Below, in pieces: positions 12,101 to 21,578 of a stretch of 64,000 nucleotides of DNA. Under the pieces are notes generated by a model. The model was not told the origin of the DNA. It saw nothing but the letters and a program-made list of their open reading frames with translations, and did no database searches. The position numbers and the translations under genes are program-made. The stretch's first letter is position 1, and the number at the start of each line of letters is the position of its first letter. Source of the stretch: Phoronis australis (taxonomy: Eukaryota; Animalia; Phoronida); the NCBI GenBank assembly GCA_002633005.1, contig NMRA01000469.1, forward strand, positions 1-64,000. Direction: 5' to 3'.

Positions 12101-15100
12101 CTGGCAGCACCTCTGTGAATGGTATCGCAACAGATAGCACACAATGCCAGACCTCCTTCACAGTCAGGGCAATAGAATGCAGCGACAGTCTGGTAGTCTT
12201 CCCCACAGTCATCACAATATCTTTCCTACCAAAAAACAGGGGAACAAGATACTATGCACCATGGATCAAATACTCATCACATGTACATATATCAGCAGAA
12301 GACACAGTGGTAAAGAACAGATTGTTAACAAAAACATTATTTGTAAGTAACATAAACTAGTAAACACATAGGAGTGGTTTTCATGGACATTTCAGAATCC
12401 GGCTAATGCGTTCATTACACAAGGATGTCAATTTCGATGTTTATTTTCAAGACACAAAATGTGATATGTGATAAAATGTGCAAATTTACAACTTAGAATA
12501 GACCCTGAAAAGTTAAAACCAACCAAGTAAGTTATTTTACTTGTGGGAGAACTGTACAAATTGAGACATAATTCACAACATACATTGAAGACATTTAAAT
12601 GAGTTAACTTCCAAAAGCAACAAGTCTTAAACACCTTTCTTTGTCGGCTTCTGGCTCCAGCAGCAGCACCACCTTTGTTCAACAAATCAACACCAATGGT
12701 AGGATTGGCTCTCTTGTTTTTGGACACACCACCACCAGGTGGAGCTGTCTTTCTTCTCTTTCTGTTATTGATGCCAGCAGATGGGTCTGGGTCAGTGTCA
12801 GGGTCATAACCTTAAGAAACCAGCACATCTTTTTAATTTTCAATGAAAAATAAAAAAATATTCACTTACAATAATTCTAAATTTGTTTGTTCGTTTCCCT
12901 TCAAAGTGGGTACCTTCCTTAATTTATGTTTTAGTCCCAGAACAGCACAATAGCAATTTCTGTTGAACAAACTGAATTTTTCTGGAACAGATTATGAATT
13001 GAATATGACTAAATTCAATTCTTATAGATTAGATAATTTTTCCCACTTTGAATCGTTTCTTCCATTCTAACATAGACAATACATTTGGGACACAAATTCA
13101 TGGCCAAAATATTGTTGCAATCTGCAATGGTGATATTTGCAGCTGAGGTCAATCTTACCCATTGTTTGGTTACCCCCGTATTCCTCGGCCAGTATTCTTC
13201 TGTAACGACTTACGAAGGAACCTATGGGGTCTTGCTCCTGCTTTACATCCACTTCTTCAAACTGGATGCGATAATTCTTCAAACATAGTAGAGTAATAGG
13301 AGACATTTCAGCACCTTTTCTAGCAAGCTGCTGCAAAAATGCATTGAGATCATCCTCTCTCCGAAAAAAAGGAGGCTGTCGGTCGCTTTCCCTGAATGGC
13401 AAAAAAATCACCATTTGTAATAGGTGTTGGAAAAGTAGTTGTAATCTAATACAAATGATGATCTGAGTTGGCTTACCATTCCTGGGAAAATAGCCTTGAA
13501 CTTTCAGAACATTGGAAATGAGGCAGAGTCACCATCTCATTGCAGAGCCTCATCAGGCGTCCATAGTCTTGAAAACCAGCAAGGGGCCTCACAAACTTCA
13601 GGCGAATTTCTGCTATGTAGTAGCAGGTTACCACCATGACGTCAAAGGAAGTGAGACAAAAAGCCATTGTTCTACGTATCTCGCAAAAACAAATATTCAC
13701 GTGGCAAACACACAGACAATATCAAAGACTTCAGTACACAACTGAAAATCATTTCATAAAAAGTAACAAGAGCAACGCAGAGCATTGAAATGCGCCCACA
13801 ATTGCACCTTATACGGGTATCCTTTTAGGGTTGTTTATTGGTACCATAAAGTGGCCAGTAGAGGGCATATATGTAGTATGTTGTACTTTGCAAAATGGAA
13901 AGGCATGGTCATTGTCTCCTCAATAGGCTAGGGGCAAAATGTTTGGTTGATAGAGGGGTGGTCGCCAAAAAACAGGCTCAAAAACAGTAAAAATGGCCAC
14001 TGGGTGTCGCAAACTAGGTCGAATCCATCCGAAAACAGGAGGATAGCGTCATCGCACAAATAGGTGCCTACATAACAAATTTCATGAAAATCCGTTACGG
14101 ACTTGTGAAGATACAGAGGTAAACGTAAAAAAATAAAATTACCACTAGGGGGCACACTGGTAGGCGGATCCGTCCAAAAGTCGTCATCGTCTGTTGTTAA
14201 CATCATATAAATACACTTATCAAATTTCGTAAAGATTCTGCGAACGGTTTAGGAGATACAGCCATAGGCGCAAAAAAAACTGCCACTAGGAGGTGCCACA
14301 GTAGTCTAAATCATCTGAAAATCATTGTCAGCTGTCCTCTTTATAGTAAGCACATACATGCCAATTTTCACAATCATCCTTTGAGCGGTTTGGTTGATAG
14401 AGGGGTGGACGCACAAAAACAGACTCGAAAACACTAAAAATGGCCACTAGGTGGCGCAAACTATGTCGAATCCATCCGAAAACGGGAGGATAGCGTCATC
14501 TCATTAATAGGTGCCTACATGCCAAATTTCATGAAAATCCATTCAGGTAAGCGTAAAAAAACTAAAATTGCCACTAGGGGGCACACCGGTAGTCGGATCC
14601 GTCCGAAAGTTTGCACATGCCGTCCCATTCATAAACGGAACATATGTGCCAAATTTCATGAACGTATGTCAAAGGGTTTTGGAGATAGAGCAGCGGACGC
14701 CAGACGCCGCCCACCCGGACGGACGGACGGACGGAGATGACAGCATAATGCGTCCACATATAAATATGAGGGCGCATAAAAAGGAAAGAACGCATGCAAC
14801 ATTTTTGATTAAAGACTTTCCAAAAGCATATTAACTGACACTGATGACTCATCTGGTAACAAAGTTCAGTGTAGCTACTAGATATATCCAAGGTTAATAA
14901 TTCACACTCTTCAATATAGAAGTTAAGAAAATCACATCATACTTTTTAGAGTTGTACAAGACAGACATGATGGTCCTTTTCCTAATCTGAGACTGTTCCC
15001 AGATGTTGCGCTTTTTGCGGTCCTCAAACTCTTGATTGAGCTTCATGGTTGCTTCAAAATGCAAGATCTGCATGGCTGCTACCCACAGCGGGTTAGACAC

Positions 15101-18100
15101 AGTCTCCAGAATAGAGTTGGGTTGAATGGAATAATGGGCGACAGATCTGAAAGATAGATGACCTTTTTTTGGATACGAGTCAATGCTCCAAGCACTGAAA
15201 TGGATACCTGGGTCAAATACACAGAGAAGGGTCGGTACAATGAATTAGATATCAAGATCGGTCTACACAGTAGTAAGTCACTTACGCACCCACAGACAGA
15301 GAAGGATCAATACAATGAACGGGTGTAAAGACAGGTCTATACAGTAAGCGTCACTTATGCACACACAGAGAGTGAAGGGTGAGTACAATGAATGGGTATA
15401 AATAGGGTACTACCTGTCATCTGACAGAGCCATGTAGCTTCCATCAGGCTGTTTCATAAACAGCTCATCAATCTTGACCGACTGCAAGTGACATCTTATT
15501 TGCTGAAAATAAATGGCAGATTGTTAGGTTTCAATTTGCGAAGAGTTCAAGCAGAACCAACAGCATTTAGTGGTATCAGTCACCAACACAGTTTGCAATT
15601 AGAGATGGATATCACACAGAGATAATTATGTTGTTTCAAACTATTTTAAATTAGACTGATTTCAAGTAGTGTATTGACACTAGCACACTGACCTTGAAAT
15701 CTCTGTATGGTATTTGTATGTGCAAACCTTAAACTTAAAATATAACTTTAACTTAAAACTATGACAATTAAAGTTTAAATACCTTGAATTAACAACGAAT
15801 CAGCCCACATTTGCCAATAGAAGTTAAGATCTTGTACCTTTGTTTAAAGCTCAGGACATTCCACAGGCTTTACACAAAAAGCCTATGTTGCCTTGGTTTG
15901 TGCACATCTTATATTTCAATATCTTAATGATCTAAATAGCCCTACAGAACAAACAGATAACTGAATAAGGGAGCGCCTTATGACAAAAGTACACCCTCGG
16001 CACTGGTCAAATAGAGCAGACTGCGATATGGAAAACCATTTTCACCAGTGAGTGCCTCGTTCTCAAACTCAGGCACCGCTTTGTTCAACTAGTGCCCATC
16101 CCCCACAATTGAATTTGGCGTACACTATACATTCTCCGAACAAGTTTCCAAAATGGCAAAATTTCCAATATTTCACAGCAGACAATGTGGATCAACTGAT
16201 TAAATCGCACAACTTGTAAAAGAAAAACTGAGAATTTTCAGTAACAGCCACATTTTTCCCATGGATGGGTGGGCGCAGGTTGTTACCAACCGATGCTAAT
16301 AGGTTTCGGTGTGATGATAGACTGAAGACTGGTTCAAGTTAATCACTTTATACACCATAGGTTCAGAAGTCTACTCAAACAATACGTCCAGTAATGTCTG
16401 TTCTATACTCTAGCCAGTGATGCCAAGCCTTGACTTGTGATGAACTTCTGAGACACTTCAAGCAACTGTAACAGTTATACTTGTTACTGCTCTCTTTATA
16501 GCCGACTTTATTGATTAACGCTGTAACAGCTGATTCTATAACTGCTACTCAACTGTAACTTTAACTCAACACAACTGACTTTTACTGACTTTCAACTAAC
16601 TGCCACAAAATCCGTGCCTCATTATTTATAGTCGCTTACAATGTTTTCGGACTTTTCAATATTTCAAGCAGATTCTAGAACTTTCCGGAATCTACCCAAT
16701 TATTATACAATCATTTACTAGACTTAAGAATATTCCAGACTGCCATTCTATATTAACCACAAACATTCTGGAAACTTCTAGAACAGTAAAATAAAACTCA
16801 TTGAACTCTAATGCAAAAGCAGCTTTGGTTAACCTGTGTAAGTAAACATCACTTCACAAAAGATTTATGGTCCTGACTGAGAACATAATTTTTTATTATC
16901 CCATATGGATTCTGAATAGCCTGAGCCATAATGGCAGTGAACATTCAGAGCAGTAAACCTTCAGAGTAGTAAACTTTCGGTGCAGTGAACACTCACAGTA
17001 TTAGACTCTTCCACCAAGATACACCTCTGTGTACTCATCGAAGGGAAATTACAGGACACTATCAGTAATGCTGAAATTTTACACCAGGTGCCCCTCCCCC
17101 TGCTTGGCAAAATGGTTGTACACTTTGCACATCAAGGTACGGTTTTTTGGTTCCACAAGGGATCTTTACTCAATATTTTTATCACTTAAATGGAACCTAG
17201 TAATATACCTAGTCTCATTGACAGGTGTGGACTAGCTTTTTTAGACCACAACCACCAAAAAGGATTGAAATGCCAAATATGAAATTTCATTTTCAATACC
17301 AAAGACTATCTCACTAAACGTAATCGCTATTACAGCTTTAATCCCTGAATGAGAAGTTCAACAATACACTGTGTACAGGAGTAGGCCTACAACTACGGCT
17401 GTGATTGGCTAAAGCTTGAAGTATTTAGTGTAAGTAAATGTTTCAGCCTATACAGTATCACAGACTCAACTGGCCCCAGTAGACAGTGGCCCCAGTACAC
17501 ACAGTGGCCCCAGTACACACAGTGGCCCCAGTACAGACAGCGGCCCCAGTACAGACAGCGGCCCCAGTACAGACAGCGGCCCCAGTACAGACAGCGGCCC
17601 CAGTACAGACAGCGGCCCCAGTACAGACAGCGGCCCCAGTACAGACAGCGGCCCCAGTACACACAGCGGCCCCAGTACACACAGCGGCCCCAGTACACAC
17701 AGCGGCCCCAGTACACACAGCGGCCCCAGTACACACAGTGGCCCCAGTACACACAGTGGCCATCCTATAGGCCATCCTTGCCAGAAACTTTCTGGTGAAT
17801 TATGCTTCACACTGATTAAACCAACTAAGTCATGTTGCTATAAGTACTTTTTGCACATGGGGGACATCTTAGGAGCCCATTGGTGTCTTTAATTCTCCCC
17901 AGCTCGAAGAAATGCATAGGCAGATCTAGGGGGTTAAAGGGGTCGGGTGGCCCCCTTTTTCCTTTGATTTTAGTGACCTCAATTTTCAAATTGTCAACTT
18001 GGAACCCCCTTTTTAAAAAATCCTTGATCTGACCCCTCGTTAAAAAATCCTGGATCCGCCCCTGAAATACTCCCATAATCAAAATTGTTTCGAACAGTCC

Positions 18101-19045
18101 TTCATTCGGTTGTCCAAATTTGCAACTGACCATTTTTACGCTGCTCGCGCCAGGGGATGTGATGTCATATCTCCTGACGCGAGCAATGTAAAAGTGACCA
18201 GTTGCCGATTTGGGCAATTGAACGAAGGACTGTTCGAAGGAAAAGTTTTATTGTGAGAGTATTAGTTGAAGCTAAGACATCAACACCCTCCTAAGGTGTC
18301 TCTCTATACATATATAAGGTAATTATAGCAACGTTGATGCCTGGTTTAGTCGTGAGGCATAACTCGATCGCCAAAAAGCGTTTGGAATATGAAGACCCTA
18401 ATTAGGATGGCTACCATCTCTACTGGGGCCAGTTGAGACAGTGGTACTGTCCACGTCACTGTTGCAGCCCAAACCGATGCCTGCGCCAAACTGATTTGGC
18501 GCACGTGAATTTGGTGTTGGTTGGTAAGCCAAACTGAAGCTACCGTGAGTTCTCAAATTACTGTCAGTGGTTTACGGATTTTTTAATGCTTATTAGAACC
18601 GTGATTGGCGACAATGAGTGCTCACATATTCAGGTCAAATGGATTAATCACATAGAAGAAAATTCTTGAGACACTATAACGCGCCACCCCACACTAATTG
18701 TCATGGATTTCAGTTCTGATAATCGTTGAAAAATCCTTATTTAGCACTGGCAGTAGGCATCAATTTGGCTCACCAACCCGCGCCAAAATGAAGTGTCCCA
18801 AAAATTACTCAGTTTGGCGTAAGCATCAGTTTGGGTAGACAATGAACATCGTCTCTGCTGGCACAGCCAGCATTCGAGCCATTAGACCATGGTCATTGCA
18901 ACATCGCCTAATACTCGACAAAAACACTTGCTTCTTTAACATCGCCTATACTTGTTCTTGCGTAATTCACAACATCAACATAAGGTAATGGTCTAGCAGC
19001 AATGCTGGGATTATAATCTCCCTTAGGACGAACATAGATCCTCAT
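28..19045 (-). CDS. MUS81-like ERCC4/XPF-family structure-specific endonuclease with N-terminal ubiquitin-like domain, B-box and winged helix; 16 exons, 722 codons in window, 3' end beyond position 1
   Basis: Manually joined exons 19045-18932, 15502-15414, 15146-14943, 13671-13477, 13391-13159, 12810-12635, 12225-12081, 9309-9266, 7902-7761, 6387-6303, 5793-5598, 5001-4909, 2858-2769, 2467-2347, 1242-1110 and 133-28. All phases are compatible with no stop (2166 nt). Motifs VLIIDERE...LPSGDYIW...IVERKTWDDLANSL.GRRFENQ..RMK...YVVEG are the MUS81 nuclease signature. Confidence 0.85.
1110..1242 (-). CDS. MUS81-like exon 15 (MTYTEY...NIWTADLFIDLLI)
   Basis: tacag acceptor, gtgagc donor; phase-compatible. 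Confidence 0.75.
2347..2467 (-). CDS. MUS81-like exon 14 (LQLKENVFVNRMSSWKKTAQFL)
   Basis: ttgcag acceptor, gtaaga donor; end of ERCC4 fold (Q...F.V..T.S...T..YL pattern). Confidence 0.85.
2769..2858 (-). CDS. MUS81-like exon 13 (RCECMLFYVVEGD...)
   Basis: ctttctcag acceptor, gtaagt donor; YxxEG strand of ERCC4. Confidence 0.88.
3345..3822 (+). mobile_element. Helentron/HINE (DINE-1/pearl-like) non-autonomous repeat, partial
   Basis: Homologous to 13765-14782; ends in the atgcacccac..gtgggtgcat hairpin followed by an A-run. Confidence 0.7.
4130..4418 (+). mobile_element. Penelope-like element GIY-YIG endonuclease remnant
   Basis: KNVIYEIPCE*GESCIGETLRPLEMRIAEHKR...IQWNN..IL..E...KRKIKEAMY, with an internal stop. 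Confidence 0.85.
4450..4532 (+). mobile_element. tRNA-derived (SINE-head-like) sequence with Pol III A and B boxes
   Basis: TGGTGTAGTGG (A box) and GGTTCAAATCC (B box); anticodon arm not canonical. Confidence 0.65.
4909..5001 (-). CDS. MUS81-like exon 12, catalytic ERKxxxD motif (VLPYIVERKTWDDLANSLRGRRFENQLERMK)
   Basis: ttgcag acceptor, gtacgt donor; XPF/MUS81 active-site motif. Confidence 0.92.
5598..5793 (-). CDS. MUS81-like exon 11, ERCC4 domain N-half (VLIIDERE...LPSGDYIW)
   Basis: ORF 5562..5771; ctttag acceptor, gtaagg donor. Confidence 0.9.
6303..6387 (-). CDS. MUS81-like exon 10, winged helix (GFDCMDRSLISKGLVQKEDAANP)
   Basis: taatttcag acceptor, gtatgg donor; matches the MUS81 WH 'M..L..K.LV......P' pattern. 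Confidence 0.8.
7636..7765 (-). repeat. About 24-bp degenerate array of the MUS81-like exon 9 donor junction
   Basis: Minus-strand unit gtaataggcaacgggtgcagtatg, about 5 copies. Confidence 0.8.
7761..7902 (-). CDS. MUS81-like exon 9, winged-helix domain (PYKAPFALLVALY...EVKERAQKL)
   Basis: ctccttcag acceptor, gtaata donor; resembles MUS81 WH helices. Confidence 0.85.
9266..9309 (-). CDS. MUS81-like exon 8 (ISTAPKQTKQYAPE, start of winged helix)
   Basis: Long polypyrimidine tract plus tag, gtgggt donor; bridges phase 1 to phase 0. Confidence 0.7.
9731..9965. repeat. 37-bp minisatellite (about 6 copies) running into the gap
   Basis: Unit ttcaccatgcatattgagtacacgatgtccccctgat, head-to-tail with no spacers. 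Confidence 0.95.
9966..10719. other. Assembly gap (754 N)
   Basis: Run of N. Confidence 1.
10720..11198 (+). mobile_element. HINE-type repeat, 3' part
   Basis: Same family; GGAC microsatellite and atgcgcccacat...atgtgggcgcat hairpin. Confidence 0.75.
12081..12225 (-). CDS. MUS81-like exon 7, B-box-type zinc finger
   Basis: ERYCDDCGEDYQTVAAFYCPDCEGGLALCAICCDTIHRGAARRNHQV gives CxxC..CxxC..CxxC..H..H. ttttttggtag acceptor, gtaagt donor. Confidence 0.85.
12635..12810 (-). CDS. MUS81-like exon 6 (low-complexity linker with NRKRRK NLS-like motif)
   Basis: tttcttaag acceptor; open frame; donor AAG|gtgttt fixed by phase. Confidence 0.7.
13159..13391 (-). CDS. MUS81-like exon 5
   Basis: ttttttgccattcag acceptor, gtaaga donor; overlaps ORF 13067..13414. 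Confidence 0.8.
13477..13671 (-). CDS. MUS81-like exon 4
   Basis: Strong gtaagc donor; acceptor chosen by phase (cgtag), so the 5' edge is less certain; overlaps ORF 13473..13700. Confidence 0.65.
13765..14782 (+). mobile_element. HINE-type repeat, full length
   Basis: aacaagag start, tgcgcccac near both ends, internal tandem modules, (GGAC)n, 3' hairpin. Confidence 0.78.
14943..15146 (-). CDS. MUS81-like exon 3 (end of UBL RSVAHYSIQPNSILETV plus helical segment)
   Basis: ctttcag acceptor, gtatga donor; overlaps ORF 14894..15100. Confidence 0.75.
15218..15410. repeat. About 72-bp degenerate tandem repeat (about 2.5 copies) filling MUS81-like intron 2
   Basis: Recurring acagagaagg...tacaatgaa...ggtcta.acagta...gtcactta. 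Confidence 0.7.
15414..15502 (-). CDS. MUS81-like exon 2 (QIRCHLQSVKIDELFMKQPDGSYMALSDD)
   Basis: ttttcag acceptor, gtagta donor, open frame continuing the UBL. Confidence 0.75.
16281..16834. mobile_element. Possible solo LTR
   Basis: TGTTACCAA...TTGGTTAAC ends, TTTATA boxes and ttctagaa repeats; no clear TSD. Confidence 0.35.
17471..17761. repeat. 18-bp minisatellite (ggccccagtaca[c/g]acag[c/t]), about 16 copies
   Basis: Direct inspection; it produces the repetitive ORFs at 17393-17810. Confidence 0.97.
17915..18064 (-). mobile_element. CAGGGGCGGATCC-terminus MITE nested in the foldback
   Basis: TIRs cataggcagatc / gatccgcccctg; homologous to 41644-41800. Confidence 0.75.
18457..18844. 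mobile_element. MITE with about 35-bp TIRs
   Basis: cccaaaccgatgcctgcgccaaactga / tcagtttggcgtaagcatcagtttggg. Confidence 0.65.
18932..19045 (-). CDS. MUS81-like exon 1 (start of ubiquitin-like domain, MRIYVRPKG...TSIGDVKE)
   Basis: First in-frame ATG at 19045. Joins exon 2 in frame via GAA|gcaagt (GC donor). Ubiquitin-like pattern. Confidence 0.65.
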
Positions 19046-19445
19046 GATCTCAAGCAAACAAGGGCAACTGCGCTTCACATGTTTTTCGTTTCTCCCGCTA
19101 TTGAGGACGTATTCTTGTAGCCTCGTTCGTAAGCCTCAAGATGGCACTCATCAGTTTAGCCGGCAGCGCTCTCTTGAGGGTAGCTGGCGTTCGTTGGCTG
19201 AAATAAAGCCACAGTTCACTTTCCTCATATTTTTTCATGTTTGTTTCTTTAATTACAATTATACATCATACAGTACGATTTAAATTATTTTTATAGTTTG
19301 AATATTAGAATATTCTCTGCAATTTATATTTTTTTATGAAACAGCATAGAAAATAGTAGCAATTATAAGCCACACAGCACCTAAGTTGGCAGGGTCTCAA
19401 GGAAAAGCAAGGTTACTTTTTCGTTTCGTTAAAAACTCTGAAAGG
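19046..19445. promoter_or_regulatory. Bidirectional promoter and 5'UTR region between the MUS81-like gene and PDHA1 (duplicated at 22095-22489)
   Basis: 400 bp between divergent start codons; contains CAAGATGGC (YY1-like core) at about 19137. Confidence 0.65.
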
Positions 19446-21328
19446 ATGTTGGCTTTCACAAGTCGCTTTGCAAGGCAAAAGCTGAAGGAAGTGAGTATCA
19501 CTGCAATATCACAATTCAATTATTTTACTTTGGTACACGATTATTTTGCACAGTTAATCTCAGACTCGGTCAATATAGCGTATGCTGCCGCCTGTGGTAG
19601 CAGGTAGGTCTATGTTAGCCTTGGTGCAAAGATGTATACTAAATATACAGCTTTGTGCCGATGTGGGTTAAAGATTGACCAGATAAAATCTGACATAACA
19701 TTAGTGTCATTGAAAACTGCACTTTTCCTTGAGTAAACTAAATTATTTAGCGGTGTTGGAAAATTTGGCCTTCTATCGTTATTCTGTTGCTAAAATTGTA
19801 GTAGGCCTACTACCTTATGCGTTGGCTTTCGGCGCCATGAAATATTGCGTTACCTGTTGGTCAGTTTCTTTTTCTCTGATTCTTCAATTAACTGTTGTTC
19901 TTTCACATTGCGTACCCGTCACAAAAAATTATCGGAACTGGTTTCACTTCTTTATAAGTGTTTAGAATTTTGATACCAGCAAACTGAAATTCAGAACAAA
20001 TTTTGCTGCTGGGAAGCTGTCATCATCTCCTAACAGATGTCACAAAAAATTAGGAAATGACACATGCGCATGACACATGCGCATGACACGTGCGTACTGT
20101 TTTTAGAATGATGTTACAAAAGGCCGAGAATTGTGCAAGATTGCTTTTTGCTTAAACGGCTGTAACCACAGGCGTCTTCAGCTTCTGATCACGTCCCCAA
20201 TACAGTACATATAATACTACAAGGTATGACACTCGGGACTAGAAATTCCACGGGTGCTTCGATTCAGCCGTCCATATCAAACACATAACTCAATAAATTT
20301 ACACAAAACGGGTTCAACAAACCATGAGCAATTTTTCTTATAATACTCATTCACAATGTCCTGCTCCAGCGAGTTCACAAGAAATTCGCAGTCAGAGCAC
20401 AAAAATGTTCCCATAAAGCCCAAACACACCTCGCACTTTGACGGTTCGAGGTCAAGGATGGTATGGAAATTGCCGGTTTGTCGCGTAAAGTCACGATGTC
20501 GATAACGCCGTCCATTCGTAATTCATCGGTAATATCCGTTTCATACCGCAATTTTAGCAACAGAATAACGGTAGAACGCCAATTTTTCCAACACCGCTTA
20601 ATAATTTAGTTTACTCGAGGAAGAGTGTAGCTTTTAATCACTCTAAGTTTGTGTCGGATTTTGTCTGGTCAGTTTTTACCCACATCGGCGGAAAGTTATA
20701 TGTTGTCAGTCATTTTAATTCAACCCGCCCCGAAAAGTGTTTTTTGGACATTTGAACTCATGTACCTGACTCAAAATAAAAAGTCGTTCTGAATTAATGG
20801 GTAGACAGACTAGTAATGTGCAGTTTTTATATTTTACTTGCAGTTGTCCTCGGCTATTGCTTGCAAGCAGTATAGTAGTGATGCTACATTTGAAGTATCT
20901 AAGGTAAGCTTACTTAAACAACCAATTCACCTGCTAAACACATATAATGTCCTGGCTAGACTTAAAGTGCATCGGTCAGACTTGTACACACTGCACATAT
21001 CTCTTGAAATCAAATCTCCAAAGTGCAGGCTAGACTTCTGAATTCAGTACCTAGATTCTGTATACACTGTGGCTAGAGACCAGACATTTCCACTGTCACA
21101 CTCATCTGATAGCCACACTGAGACTGTTGAAACACTTGTTCTATTTGGCTACAGCCCTACACATTGCACAAGCTGGAGGAAGGCCCCTCTACAAGTGTGA
21201 CGTGTAGCAAGGATGATGCCTTGAAGTTCTACCGTCAAATGATTGTCATTCGTCGAATGGAGACTGAGGCTGGAAATCTGTACAAGGAAAAGAACATCCG
21301 AGGCTTCTGTCACCTGTACTCTGGCCAG
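19446..21328 (+). CDS. PDHA1: PDHA1 exons 1-3, duplicate copy 1 (19446-19490, 20844-20903, 21155-21328)
   Basis: Near-identical to copy 2 with intact splice sites; one visible amino-acid difference (YSSD vs YSND). Confidence 0.85.
19648..20698. mobile_element. Tc1/mariner-type non-autonomous element (about 150-bp TIRs, TA flanks) in PDHA1 intron 1; second copy 22706-25138
   Basis: 19648-19800 is the reverse complement of 20548-20698; TA on both sides. Confidence 0.75.
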
Positions 21329-21578
21329 GTAAGTTATGTGTATTCTTGCCAGGTATGTTACCTGTGCTCTAGCCAGGTAAATTATGTGTATTCTGGCTAG
21401 GTAAGTTACCTGTACTCTGGCCATGAATGTTACCTGTACTCTGGCCATGAATGTCACCTGTTCTATGGCCTGGTAAGTTATCTGTACTCTGGCCAGGTAA
21501 GTTATCTGTACTCTGGCCAGTTAAATTATCTGTACTCTGGCCAGTTAAATTATCTGTACTCTTGCCAGGTAAGTTACC
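21311..21578 (+). repeat. 24-bp tandem array of the PDHA1 exon 3 donor junction (second copy 25750-26016)
   Basis: Unit about tatctgtactctggccag|gtaagt, roughly 11 copies. Confidence 0.92.

Larger units (their letters stand above)
17453..18450. mobile_element. Foldback/MITE with long inverted arms centred near 18163
   Basis: acagtatcacagactcaactggccccagtaga at the left matches the reverse complement at 18419-18450; inner arms also pair. Confidence 0.75.

Noticed and set aside
17393-17810. Repetitive ORFs (CTGAAV, TAAPVQ, antifreeze/mucin-like)
   Set aside because: Translations of an 18-bp minisatellite inside a foldback element, open in several frames with no splice context.
19446-21328. 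Separate truncated PDHA paralog or pseudogene
   Set aside because: No disabling mutations, near-identity including introns, and an N at the junction favour an allelic copy.
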